Of a DNA stretch of 64,000 bases, positions 49,251-58,577 are shown piece by piece. The stretch comes from Anaeromyxobacteraceae bacterium (lineage in GTDB: Bacteria > Myxococcota > Myxococcia > Myxococcales > Anaeromyxobacteraceae). Every line of letters starts with the position of its first letter. Within the stretch, counting starts at the first letter, position 1. The stretch spans positions 1,312,001-1,376,000 of the forward strand of contig JASGHJ010000002.1 in assembly GCA_047602405.1 (NCBI GenBank), in the 5' to 3' direction. A program made the translations under genes and the position numbers. The notes under the pieces were generated by a model, which saw only the letters and a list, made by a program, of their open reading frames with translations, did not search any database and was not told the origin of the DNA.

Positions 49251-50088
49251 TTACTGGCCGAGGAGCTTGAGCGCGAGCTGCGGCTGCTGGTTCGCCTGGG
49301 CGAGGATCGACACGCCGGACTGGGCGAGGATCTGGGAGCGCGACATGCGGCTCGTCTCCTCCGCGATGTCGACGTCCTTGATGCGGGAGTTCGCGGCGGA
49401 CAGCGACTCCGAGAACGCCTGGATGTTCCGGATTCGAGCTCTCGAGGCGGTTGCCGGCGGCGCCCAGGGAGGCGCGGGCGTTCGAGATGGCGGCGAGGGC
49501 GGCGTCGATGGTCGACAGGGCGGCCGAGGCGGTCGCCTTCCCGGCGAGGGAGAGGCCGGTCACGCCGAGGCCGCCGCCCGTCGCCGTCGTCGCGTTGACC
49601 GACGTGAAGCTGATCTTGTCGTTCGCCGAGTTCGCGATGCCGACCTGGAAGTCGAAGGTCGTGCCGGCCGAGGTGAGGAGCTTCGTGCCGTTGTACTCGG
49701 TGGTCTGCGCGATGCGCTCGAGCTCGTCGACGAGCGCGGTCGCCTCCTGCTGGACGTAGCCGCGCTCGGTGTTGCCGATGCCGTCGGAGGCGGACTGCAT
49801 CGCGAGCTCGCGGAGGCGGGTCAGGATGTTGGCCGACTCGCTGAGCGCGGCCTCGGTCGACTGGATGACCGAGAGACCGTCGTTGGCGTTGCGGCCGGCC
49901 TGCGTGTAGCTGCGGATCTGCGCCTCGAGCTTCGTCGAGATGCCGAGGCCGGCGGCGTCGTCGCCGGCCTTCGTGATCCGGTAGCCCGACGACAGCCGGG
50001 ACATCGAGCTGTCGAGGGAGGACTGGGTGCTGCCGAGGTTGCGCTGCGCGTTCAGCGAAGCGATGTTGGTGCGGATCGACAGGGACAT
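49251..50088 (-). CDS. fliC: Flagellin, copy 2 (apparent +1 error at 49431-49435)
   Basis: [16 protein letters not shown]; the paralogue has GATC where this copy has GATTC; corrected frame ends [12 protein letters not shown]. Confidence 0.95.
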
Positions 50089-50234
50089 GGCGCTTTTCCT
50101 TTAGTTTCGGGCGATGCTCTCGGTCGCCCTTCTCGTGATGTTGTTCGTCACGGTCTCGCGGGTTCTTCAGAGGGCCGGAACTGCCGGGTTACCCACCTCC
50201 GCGCCCGGCAGGAGTTGCCGGGCGACCCCCACCT

Positions 50235-50510
50235 TCATCGGCGGTACGCGTCGGAGGCCCTGCGCGAGCGGGCGGCCTGGTTCACGGCACCGGCGAGCCG
50301 GTCGAGCTCGGCCCGGGCGAGCGCCTCGCAGCGCGCGTGCGCGGCGCGCAGCGCCTCGAGGGCGGCGGGGGAGGGCGGCCTGCCCGCGGCGGCGAGGGCC
50401 TGGCAGGCGGCGGCGCCGGCGGCGGTGGCCGTGGCGGCGGCCTCGGCGTCCCCGCGGCGGAGCGCCGCCTCGGCGGCGGTGAGGGCCTCGGCCAGGGCGG
50501 CGGCGCTCAT
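50235..50510 (-). CDS. Small helical protein, possibly FliT-like chaperone
   Basis: 91 aa Ala-rich ORF coupled to the fliS paralogue in the fliD-fliS-fliT position; C-terminal AY. Confidence 0.45.
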   Translation of the reverse strand: MSAAALAEALTAAEAALRRGDAEAAATATAAGAAACQALAAAGRPPSPAALEALRAAHARCEALARAELDRLAGAVNQAARSRRASDAYRR

Positions 50511-50899
50511 GACCGCCGCCTCCGCTCGACGGCCTCGCGGAGGTCGAGGGCACCCGCCGCGGCCTGGAACGCCGCGGCGATCGGCCCGAAGGTCTGCTCC
50601 GCCTCCCGGGCGGCGTCCGCGTCGTGCAGCAGGGCCGCGTCGTTCAGGCGCTGGCAGACCCGGCGGTAGATCGGGGCGAGCGCCGCCGACAGCTCCGGCG
50701 AGCCCTCGCGGTCGAGCGCCGTGTGCAGGTCGACGATGATCCGGGCCGCCTCGCGCAGCGACGCGCCCGCGGCGGCGGGGTGGCCCGCCTCCATCGCGGA
50801 CGCACCCGCGCGGATGTGGCCGAGGGCGGTCTCGAGGAGCAGCGCGGCGAGGCGCGAGGGGCTCGGGTCGCCTGCGGGGCCGTCGGGGGGCGAGGTCAC
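50507..50899 (-). CDS. Divergent FliS paralogue
   Basis: GTG overlaps the fliD stop; SPSRLAALLLETAL...IIVDLHTALDR..SPEL...L..IY aligns by eye with the 48719 FliS. Confidence 0.75.
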   Translation of the reverse strand: MTSPPDGPAGDPSPSRLAALLLETALGHIRAGASAMEAGHPAAAGASLREAARIIVDLHTALDREGSPELSAALAPIYRRVCQRLNDAALLHDADAAREAEQTFGPIAAAFQAAAGALDLREAVERRRRS

Positions 50900-52245
50900 T
50901 TGCCGGAGGACGACGACATCGAGGAGAGGAAGGTGCCCATGCTCTTCAGGTTCGAGACGGTGTTCTCCATCGCCGCGAACTGCTTCTCGAGGGTGAGGCG
51001 GAAGCTGTTGATGTGCAGCTGGATCCGCGCCGCCTGCTCGTCGAGGGAGGTGATGGTCCTGTTGATCCCGGTCTGGCGGTTGACGAGGAGGCCGTCGCCC
51101 GTCCGCGTCTGCGCGGTCACGAGCGCGCCGACGACGTCGGCGAGCCCGGTGTCCTTCGTCGAGAACAGGGCGTTCACCGCCGCGGGGTTGCGCTCGAGCG
51201 CCTTCGAGAGGACGGTCGAGTCGACGCTGAGCTGGCCGTCCTTGCCGGTCTTCACCCCCAGGTCGGCGAGCGTGCGGACGTCGCCGCTCGAGCCGACGGA
51301 GGTGGCCACCAGCGCCTGGAGCTTCGCCTGCAGGGTGCGGACGGTGCTGTCGCCCGCCAGGGTCTTCGTGCGGTCGGTGTCCTTGTCCGGCGTGAGCTGC
51401 TTCTGGACGATCGTGGTGACGGCGTTGTAGGCGTCCACGAACTTCTGGAGCCGGGCCTTCGTCGCCTCGTTGTCGGTCGAGACGACGAGGTCCTCCGCGG
51501 CGCCGCCCTCCTTCTTGAGCGTGAGGGTGGTGCCGGGGATGGCGTCGGAGATGGTGTTGGTCCGGCGCGCGAAGGTGATGTTGTCGACCTTCACGGACGC
51601 GTTCACCGCGGCCTGGACCTGGGCGAGCGCGGGGAGCTTGTTCGTCGAGGTGCCGGTGGGGGTGAAGGTGAGCCCGAGCGCGTCGGCGGCCACGCCGGTC
51701 GTGGGGTAGCCGGTGTCGCGGGCGGTGACGGAGAGGTAGCGGTTCGTGCCGTCGTTGAGGACGACCGCGGAGACCGGGGCGCCGCTCTGGCGGATGAGGA
51801 AGGCGGCGTCCTCGAGGCTCGTGCCGTCGGGGATGACCACCGCGTAGGGGTCGTGATCCGGGACGGTGAGGGTGAAGGTGCCGGCGGCGACCGTGTCGGC
51901 GCTCGCGAACGCGGCGCTCTGGAACTTGGCGGCCTTGGCGAGGGTGAGCACCTGCACCGCGTACCGGCCGGCCACCGTCGAGGAGCCCGGCGCCGCGGTG
52001 AAGACGGTGTTCTCGGAGGAGGACTTCGCGGCCAGGACCCCGTTCGTGTCGAGGTCCTCCGCGGCGGTCTTCAGCGCGGTGAGCTTCGAGATGATCTGGC
52101 CGATCAGGGAGAGCTGGGTCTTGAGGCCGCTCTGCTGCGTCGCGATGTGGGTGAGCGGCTGCGACTCGAGCTGCACGAGCTTGTCGACGATGGACGCCGT
52201 GTCCATGCCGGACGCGAGCCCGCTGACCGAGAACGTGCCTGCCAT
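50896..52245 (-). CDS. fliD: Flagellar filament cap protein
   Basis: SGLASGMDT.SIV.KL, FVDAYN, L..LGV...KDG.L, QF.AME. Confidence 0.95.
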   Translation of the reverse strand: MAGTFSVSGLASGMDTASIVDKLVQLESQPLTHIATQQSGLKTQLSLIGQIISKLTALKTAAEDLDTNGVLAAKSSSENTVFTAAPGSSTVAGRYAVQVLTLAKAAKFQSAAFASADTVAAGTFTLTVPDHDPYAVVIPDGTSLEDAAFLIRQSGAPVSAVVLNDGTNRYLSVTARDTGYPTTGVAADALGLTFTPTGTSTNKLPALAQVQAAVNASVKVDNITFARRTNTISDAIPGTTLTLKKEGGAAEDLVVSTDNEATKARLQKFVDAYNAVTTIVQKQLTPDKDTDRTKTLAGDSTVRTLQAKLQALVATSVGSSGDVRTLADLGVKTGKDGQLSVDSTVLSKALERNPAAVNALFSTKDTGLADVVGALVTAQTRTGDGLLVNRQTGINRTITSLDEQAARIQLHINSFRLTLEKQFAAMENTVSNLKSMGTFLSSMSSSSGK

Positions 52246-52269
52246 CTCTCTCTCTCCCTTCGGCTCCGT

Positions 52270-52298
52270 CCGTCCCCCGGCGAGATGCCGGGGGACGG
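52270..52298. terminator. Hairpin between fliC and fliD (attenuator/stabiliser)
   Basis: CCGTCCCCCGGC-gagat-GCCGGGGGACGG, perfect 12-bp stem. Confidence 0.55.
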
Positions 52299-52319
52299 CG
52301 GAGGTGATTCACGCCACGC

Positions 52320-53150
52320 TTACCCGAGGAGCTTCAGGGCGAGCTGCGGCTGCTGGTTGGCCTGCGCCAGCACGGACACGCCGGACTGGGCGAGGATCTG
52401 GGCGCGCGACATGCGGCTCGTCTCCTCCGCGATGTCGACGTCCTTGATGCGGGAGTTCGCGGCGGACAGCGACTCCGCGAACGCCTGGATGTTCCGGATC
52501 GAGCTCTCGAGCCGGTTGCCGGCGGCGCCGAGCGTCGAGCGCGCGTTCGACACGGACGCGAGCGCGGCGTCGATGGTCTGCAGCGCGCCCTGGGCCGAGG
52601 CCTTGGAGGCGAGCGAGAGGCCGGTCACGCCGAGGCCGGTGCCGGTCGCGGTGGTCGCGTTCACGGACGTGAACGTGATCTTGTCGTTCGTCGAGTTCGC
52701 GATGCCGACCTGGAAGTCCAGGGTCTGGCCGCCGGTGAGGAGCTTCGTGCCGTTGTACTCGGTGACCTGGGCGATGCGCTCGAGCTCGTCGACGAGCGAG
52801 GTGGCCTCCTGCTGGACGTAGCCGCGCTCGGTGTTGCCGATGCCGTCCGAGGCGGACTGCATCGCGAGCTCGCGGAGGCGGGTCAGGATGTTGGCCGACT
52901 CGTTGAGCGCGGACTCGGTCGACTGGATGACCGAGAGGCCGTCGTTGGCGTTGCGGGACGCCTGCGCGTAGCTGCGGATCTGCGACTCGAGCTTCGTCGA
53001 GATGCCGAGGCCGGCGGCGTCGTCGCCCGCCTTCGTGATGCGGTAGCCCGACGAGAGGCGCGACATGGAGCTGTCCAGCGTGCCCTGAGTCGAGCTCAGG
53101 TTCCGCTGCGCGTTCAGGGACGCGATGTTGGTACGGATCGACAGGGACAT
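52320..53150 (-). CDS. fliC: Flagellin, copy 1
   Basis: Canonical D0/D1 N- and C-terminal motifs, 276 aa; AAGGAG RBS. Confidence 0.97.
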   Translation of the reverse strand: MSLSIRTNIASLNAQRNLSSTQGTLDSSMSRLSSGYRITKAGDDAAGLGISTKLESQIRSYAQASRNANDGLSVIQSTESALNESANILTRLRELAMQSASDGIGNTERGYVQQEATSLVDELERIAQVTEYNGTKLLTGGQTLDFQVGIANSTNDKITFTSVNATTATGTGLGVTGLSLASKASAQGALQTIDAALASVSNARSTLGAAGNRLESSIRNIQAFAESLSAANSRIKDVDIAEETSRMSRAQILAQSGVSVLAQANQQPQLALKLLG

Positions 53151-53337
53151 TTACTTCTCCTTGGTCTAGGTCGGGGGCGATGGTTGAGGTCGCCCCTCTA
53201 ACCTGCCTTTCGGCTCGACCTGGGAGCCCGATAAGAGCGGAGCGCGCGAGAAAGGTGGATCCGCAGCCGGCGCAGGGCGACCGAGCGCGCGTAGAGGACG
53301 AGGAGCCCGACGGCCCGCTGACCACCGGCCGAGACCG

Positions 53338-55458
53338 TCACGGCGTTGACGGCGAGGCGGGCCTCTCCCCCTTGGGCCAGCGGTCCACCAGCGCCGCGGC
53401 GGCGTGGCGCCAGCGGAGGAAGGAGTGGCCGCCGTACCGCTCCCCGCCCACCTCCACCTCCAGGTCGTGGGGGAGCCGGCCCCGGACCGCCACCGCCACC
53501 GGCTGCGCACCGCGCGCGAGCCGCCGCACGGCGGGCTCGACGTCCTCGGAGAGGCGCACCGCGAGCACGGTGTTGGGATCCGCCTGCTGGAGCACGGCCC
53601 GCGACTCGCGCAGGTGCTCCTCGAGCTCCTCGACGAAGACGAGCTCGCGCAGCACGCCGCGGTGCGCGTCGGCGTAGAGCACCGCCGCGCGGAGCTCGTC
53701 GACGAGCTGGGCGCGGCACTCGATGACGCTGGGGCCCGCGAGCGAGAACGGCCGCCGCTCGCCGGGGGCGAGCGCGAGGTCGGGGGCGTCGGGGTCGGGC
53801 AGGAAGGCGCGCGGCCGGACCGTGAAGGGATCGAGCGCGTAGCGCCGGACCGTGCGGCCGCGGGGCACGAGCACGCGGCCGCCGGCCTCGAGGGCCACCG
53901 GCACCGCGCGCGGCTCCGCGCCTTCCCGCGCGAGCGCCGCGAGCTGGGCGAGCCGCGCGGCGACCGGGTGCGCCTCGCTGCGGGCGGGGACCACCTCGAC
54001 CGCCCCGCCGTGGAGCGCCTCGCGGACGAGCCGGTCCACCGCCTGGTCCGCGGTGAGGACGCGGGCCGAGGGGCGGCGGCCCGGCGCGAGGGTCACGGCG
54101 AGCGCGCCCGGGAAGCCGAGGAGGCGCGCGGGGCCGCGGTTCAGGGGATCGAACGGGGGCCCGGACGGGACCGCGGGCTCCACGACGAGCAGGAGCGTGC
54201 CGCGCTCGCGCCGCTGCGCGAGCCGCGCGACGAGCGCGCGCCAGGGGGGCTCGGTGAACTCGACCATCGGCTCCGGGACGGCCTGGGCGAGCACGGTGAG
54301 CGCGCGGACGCGGGCCTGCACCGGCGTCGCGCCGCGGCCGAGCACCACCCCGGAGCCCAGGCGGACCTCGTGGAAGGCGCCGCGGCGCTCGAGGGTGGTG
54401 GCGAGCGAGCCCGCCGCGAGGAGCCGCGCGCGCAGGGCGGGCAGGAGCGCCCGGGGGATCTCCGCGCCGATGGCCTCCCGCCACGCGTCGCGCGCGTTCG
54501 GCCCGAGGCCGGTGGAGTGGGTGCGCCGGATCACCGCGGCCGCCGCCATCGACAGCTCGCGGGCGAGGGCCAGCACCTCCGCGGCGTCCCCGCCGGGCGG
54601 GGTGAAGGGGTCGCGGGGCCGGGCGTCGTCCGGGTGGGCGAGCTCGACCGCGCGCTCGAGCGCCTCCCGGTGCCGGGGCACGACCTCGGCCGCCCAGGAG
54701 GCGGCGAGCACCGAGGGATCCGCGAGCCGGCGGGCCGGCACGCCCCGCCGGAGGAGCCGCGCCGCGGCCGAGAGCGGGCCGGAGGTGGGGCCGGAGGAGA
54801 TGAGGGTGAGCGCGAGCGCGGCGAGCGGCGCGGGGATGGTGGTCGCGAGCGAGGCGATGACCGCGGGGTCCACGGCGACGCGGGCGGCCGCCTCGATCGC
54901 GGCCCAGGTGGCGACCGAGAAGCCTCCCGCGAGGAGCGTGCCGCAGAGGGCCAGCCGGTGGAAGACCTCGGCGTCGCGGCCGAGGCGGGCGGCGTCGAGC
55001 ACCCGCACCTCGACCCGCGGCTCCGGCGCGCCCACCGCCGCCATCGTCGCGTGCGCGCGCTCCGCGACCGCGTTGACGTCGGAGAGCCGCGTCCCCGGCA
55101 TGACGAGCACGAGCAGCTCGAGCACGTCGCCGACCGGCGCCGCCAGCACCGCCTCGACGAGCGGGGCGCCGCGCTGGGCCCGGAACGGCGGCGGCAGATC
55201 GAAGGACCGCGCGAGCGCCGGCCAGCTCCGGCGCCAGCGCATCCCGGCCACGCCCGGCGCGTCCGCGCGGAGCCGCCCGCGCTCGAAGCTCGCGTGCAGC
55301 GCGATGGGCAGGAGGCGGGCGGCCCGAAGGGTGCGGGCGTCCGGGAAGCTCTCCTTCAGCCAGTGCCCGCGGCGGCGCAGCACGGCCGTGAGCGCGCGGC
55401 GGAGCGCGGCCCGGTCCTCGAGGGGCCTCCCGGACGGGTTGAGCGTCTGGAAGACCAC
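53338..55458 (-). CDS. Hypothetical protein, probable degenerate class I adenylate cyclase homologue
   Basis: 706 aa ORF starting 4 nt after the flgL stop; LLPIALH, FHRLALCGTLLAG..W and LADP segments echo class I cyclase blocks. Confidence 0.5.
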   Translation of the reverse strand: MVFQTLNPSGRPLEDRAALRRALTAVLRRRGHWLKESFPDARTLRAARLLPIALHASFERGRLRADAPGVAGMRWRRSWPALARSFDLPPPFRAQRGAPLVEAVLAAPVGDVLELLVLVMPGTRLSDVNAVAERAHATMAAVGAPEPRVEVRVLDAARLGRDAEVFHRLALCGTLLAGGFSVATWAAIEAAARVAVDPAVIASLATTIPAPLAALALTLISSGPTSGPLSAAARLLRRGVPARRLADPSVLAASWAAEVVPRHREALERAVELAHPDDARPRDPFTPPGGDAAEVLALARELSMAAAAVIRRTHSTGLGPNARDAWREAIGAEIPRALLPALRARLLAAGSLATTLERRGAFHEVRLGSGVVLGRGATPVQARVRALTVLAQAVPEPMVEFTEPPWRALVARLAQRRERGTLLLVVEPAVPSGPPFDPLNRGPARLLGFPGALAVTLAPGRRPSARVLTADQAVDRLVREALHGGAVEVVPARSEAHPVAARLAQLAALAREGAEPRAVPVALEAGGRVLVPRGRTVRRYALDPFTVRPRAFLPDPDAPDLALAPGERRPFSLAGPSVIECRAQLVDELRAAVLYADAHRGVLRELVFVEELEEHLRESRAVLQQADPNTVLAVRLSEDVEPAVRRLARGAQPVAVAVRGRLPHDLEVEVGGERYGGHSFLRWRHAAAALVDRWPKGERPASPSTP

Positions 55459-55462
55459 CGGC

Positions 55463-56347
55463 TCACCCCAGCTTCTTCAGGAGCGAGAACTGGAAGCCCT
55501 GCGCGGTGGCGGTGAGCGACGCCTCGAGGGCGCGCTCCGCCCGCGCGAGCTCGCTCGCGGCGGCCACGGCGTCGGCGTCGGTGAGGTGGGAGGCGGCCTT
55601 CGTGGCCTCGTCCCGGCCGGCCTGCGAGGCCGCCACCGCCGCGTCGAGCGTGTTCATCACGTTGCCGGTCTCGGTCCGGGCGCGCGCCACCTGGGCGATG
55701 CCGGTGGTGAGCGTGTCGAGCGCGCCCCTGACGCCCGCGACGTCGTTCGCCCCGAGGGCCGTCGCGAAGCCGGAGAGCACGGTCAGGACGTCCACCCCGC
55801 CGCCGGCGCCCTTCACGGCCACGTCGGCCCGGACGCTCGCGGCGGCGGTCACGCCGGGCGCGATCTCGATCTGCTTCACGCCCGCGTCGCCGAGGTAGTT
55901 CCCGGCGGCGTCGAAGGGGGCCGCGTCGGTCTGGTCGCCGCCGAACACGTAGCGCCCGCCGACCTCGGTGTTGAGGGCGCCGAGGGCGTCCTTCAGCAGC
56001 CCCTGGACCTCGGAGACGGCCGCCGCGCGGTCCGCGGCGCCGTAGGTGCCGGACGAGAGCTGGACCGCGAGCTCCTTCGCGCGGATGAGGGCGGTCCCCA
56101 CCGTGCCGAGCGCCTGGTCGGCGGCGGAGATCTCGTCGGAGGCCCGGGCGGCGGTGGTGGCGATGGCGTCGAGCCGCTCGGCCTTCGCGCGGTCGAGGAC
56201 CGCGAGGCCGGCGGCGCCGGGGTCGTCCTTGGCGCGGGAGACGCGGACGCCGGTGGAGGCGACGCCGATGGCCTTCTCGGCGGCGGCGCTGGCGCGCCCG
56301 CCGTCGCGGGTGGCCCGGTCGAAGATCATGCGGTCGGTCACGCGCAT
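55463..56347 (-). CDS. flgL: Hook-associated protein 3
   Basis: MRVT...STG.RV....DDP; GRYVFGG..T..APF; SL...L. Confidence 0.92.
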   Translation of the reverse strand: MRVTDRMIFDRATRDGGRASAAAEKAIGVASTGVRVSRAKDDPGAAGLAVLDRAKAERLDAIATTAARASDEISAADQALGTVGTALIRAKELAVQLSSGTYGAADRAAAVSEVQGLLKDALGALNTEVGGRYVFGGDQTDAAPFDAAGNYLGDAGVKQIEIAPGVTAAASVRADVAVKGAGGGVDVLTVLSGFATALGANDVAGVRGALDTLTTGIAQVARARTETGNVMNTLDAAVAASQAGRDEATKAASHLTDADAVAAASELARAERALEASLTATAQGFQFSLLKKLG

Positions 56348-56357
56348 GTCGGGCTCC

Positions 56358-57755
56358 TCACTTGAGCTGCAGCAGGGTGTCGAAGAGATCGGAGGAGGTC
56401 TGGATGACCTTCGCGATCGCCTCGTACCCGCGCTGCGCCTTCTGGAGGTTGATGAGCTCCTCGTCCACCGAGACGCCGCTCACCGACTCGCGCATCGTCT
56501 GGAGGTGGTCGGCGAGCGAGGCGTGGAGGGTGGCGGCCGCCTCCGCGCCGCGCGAGGCGGCGCCGAAGTCGCTCGTGAGCTTCGCGACGGACTGGGCCGC
56601 GGTGCGGCCGCCCGGGAGGGCGAGGCCCTCGCTGGCGATGAGCTGCTGGAGCGCGCCGGCGTTGCCGGGGAGGCCGGCCGCGCTCGAGGCGGTGGCGAGG
56701 AGCGAGGGGTCGGCGACGATGGCGGCGTTCACCCGGAGCGCGCCGGCGGCGCCCGCCGGGGTGAGCCCCGCGTCGAGGAGCGCCCGGCCGGTGCCCCCGT
56801 CGAGCCCGTACCCGGCGGCGTGGGCCGCGTTCACGGTGGCCGCGAAGTCCCAGGCCAGGGTGTCGAGATCGTTCACCGAGGTGCCGAGGGTCGTGTCCCG
56901 CGCCTCGAGCAGCCCGCCGAGCTCGCCGCCGGCCGTGGAGACGGGCAGGGCGGCCTGCCCGGGCTGGGCGAACCGGAGCGCGAGGTGCCCGCCGTTCGCG
57001 GGGTCGGCGATCACCGACAGCGTGCCGGCGGTGATGCCGGTGACGAGCGCGGTGCCGCCGGGCATGAAGAGCGAGAGGTCGCCCTCGCTCGTCGCCACCG
57101 GCGTCGCGCCGGTGAGCTCCGCGAGGCGATCCACCGCCTTCTGGCGGGCGTCGAGGAGGTCGTTCGGCTCTCCGGCGCCGCCGGCCCGCGCGGCGCGGAT
57201 GTCCCGGTTGTAGAGGGCGACCTGCTTCGTGAGGTCGTTCACCTCGTCGACGTCGCCCTTGAGCTTCGCGTCGACGCCGGAGCGGGCCTCCTCGAGGGAC
57301 GCGCGGGTCGCGTTGAACGCGGTCGCGAGGGTCCGGGCCGAGGCCACCGCCGCGGAGCGGAGCGAGGCGTCGGCCGGGTTCTGGCTGAGCGCGCGGAGCG
57401 CCGTGTAGAAGCCGGAGAGCGCCGAGGCGATGCCGTTGGTGTCGGGGTCGAGCGCCGACACGCCGTCGAGCACCGAGGCCTTCGCCGACGCGCCCGCCGA
57501 GAGCCCGAGCTGCGCGGGCAGCTGCGCCTCGAGGAACCGGTCGCGGGCCTGGGTGATGGTCTGCACCGAGACGCCCCGGCCGATGTAGCCGCCGCTGACC
57601 CGCTCCGCGGGCAGGACCGCCTGCAGCTCGACGCGCTGGCGCGCGTAGCCGGGCGTGTTGGCGTTCTGGAGGTTGTGGGACGCCGTGGCCGCCGCCTGCT
57701 GCTGGGCGGCGAGCGCGGACGCTCCGGAGGTGAGGATCGAGATGAGGTCGCTCAT
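56358..57755 (-). CDS. flgK: Hook-associated protein 1
   Basis: HNL.NANTPGY.RQ; NDLLD.R; SGVSVDEE. Confidence 0.95.
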   Translation of the reverse strand: MSDLISILTSGASALAAQQQAAATASHNLQNANTPGYARQRVELQAVLPAERVSGGYIGRGVSVQTITQARDRFLEAQLPAQLGLSAGASAKASVLDGVSALDPDTNGIASALSGFYTALRALSQNPADASLRSAAVASARTLATAFNATRASLEEARSGVDAKLKGDVDEVNDLTKQVALYNRDIRAARAGGAGEPNDLLDARQKAVDRLAELTGATPVATSEGDLSLFMPGGTALVTGITAGTLSVIADPANGGHLALRFAQPGQAALPVSTAGGELGGLLEARDTTLGTSVNDLDTLAWDFAATVNAAHAAGYGLDGGTGRALLDAGLTPAGAAGALRVNAAIVADPSLLATASSAAGLPGNAGALQQLIASEGLALPGGRTAAQSVAKLTSDFGAASRGAEAAATLHASLADHLQTMRESVSGVSVDEELINLQKAQRGYEAIAKVIQTSSDLFDTLLQLK

Positions 57756-57756
57756 G

Positions 57757-58230
57757 TCAGGCCTTGCTCGAGACCGCTGCCACCGCGCGCGCCGTCGTGG
57801 CGCGCCCCCCTCGCCGGTCGTACGCCGTGGGCGCCGGGGCGAGGGCGGTCAGGTAGCCCTGAACGCAGGCGAGGGCTCTCCCCGCCAGCATCAGGTTCAG
57901 TCGGTCGAGCTCGGCCAGCGCCCCCGCGAGCGCGCGCACGTCCGAGAGGCAGGCCGCGAGGGCCTCGGCCTCCTCGGGCACCTGGAGCTTCAGCCGGCTC
58001 ATCGTGACTTCCGAGAGCCCGAGCTCCGCGGCGGCGCGGGCGAGGGCAGAGGCGAGCCGCGCCTCGAGCGCGGCCACCTCGGCGTTGAACGATGCACGGG
58101 CGGACGCCCCCGCGAACAGCTGGTCGGCGTCCAGGGTCCGGAGGATCTCACGCTCGGTGCGCGCCCGCTCCACCTCGGCCTCGAGGGTCGACCGGAGCCG
58201 TTCGGCGGTGCGCAGCGCTTCGTCGAGCAT
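57757..58230 (-). CDS. flgN: Flagellar export chaperone FlgN
   Basis: Helical protein between flgM and flgK; N..L and Y...G motifs. Confidence 0.75.
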   Translation of the reverse strand: MLDEALRTAERLRSTLEAEVERARTEREILRTLDADQLFAGASARASFNAEVAALEARLASALARAAAELGLSEVTMSRLKLQVPEEAEALAACLSDVRALAGALAELDRLNLMLAGRALACVQGYLTALAPAPTAYDRRGGRATTARAVAAVSSKA

Positions 58231-58262
58231 GATCTCCTCCGTCGGCGGGTCGGTGCCCGCCG

Positions 58263-58562
58263 CTACTTCCCCAGCATCGCCTGGAGCTGCGCGGTGACCT
58301 CCGCCTCGTCCAGGATGCGCTGGGCGATGCGGGCCGCGTCGGGCTTGAACGTGCCCGAGCGGATGGCGGCCTCGATGCTCTCGAGGCGAACGGCACGGTT
58401 GGAGCTCGCGGCCGAGCGGGCGGCATCCGCCGCCGCGCTCACCTGGGCGGTGGCCTCTGTCGAGACCTTGTCCGCCATCCGCGGGCCCTGCTCCGTCTTC
58501 TTCGTGTCCGGCGACCGGTTCGCGTCTACGCGCCGGACCTCACTCGTGTCCTTGACCTTCAT
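58263..58562 (-). CDS. flgM: Anti-sigma-28 factor
   Basis: DKVS...R..RL..I..AI..G.F..D...IA..I. Confidence 0.85.
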   Translation of the reverse strand: MKVKDTSEVRRVDANRSPDTKKTEQGPRMADKVSTEATAQVSAAADAARSAASSNRAVRLESIEAAIRSGTFKPDAARIAQRILDEAEVTAQLQAMLGK

Positions 58563-58577
58563 GGCGACCTCCTTCGG

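Noticed and set aside
53197..53240. Sigma-28 promoter for fliC1
   Set aside because: GCCGAAAG -10 is present but the -35 is poor. The fliC2 candidate (50142-50169) is also weak, so neither was called.
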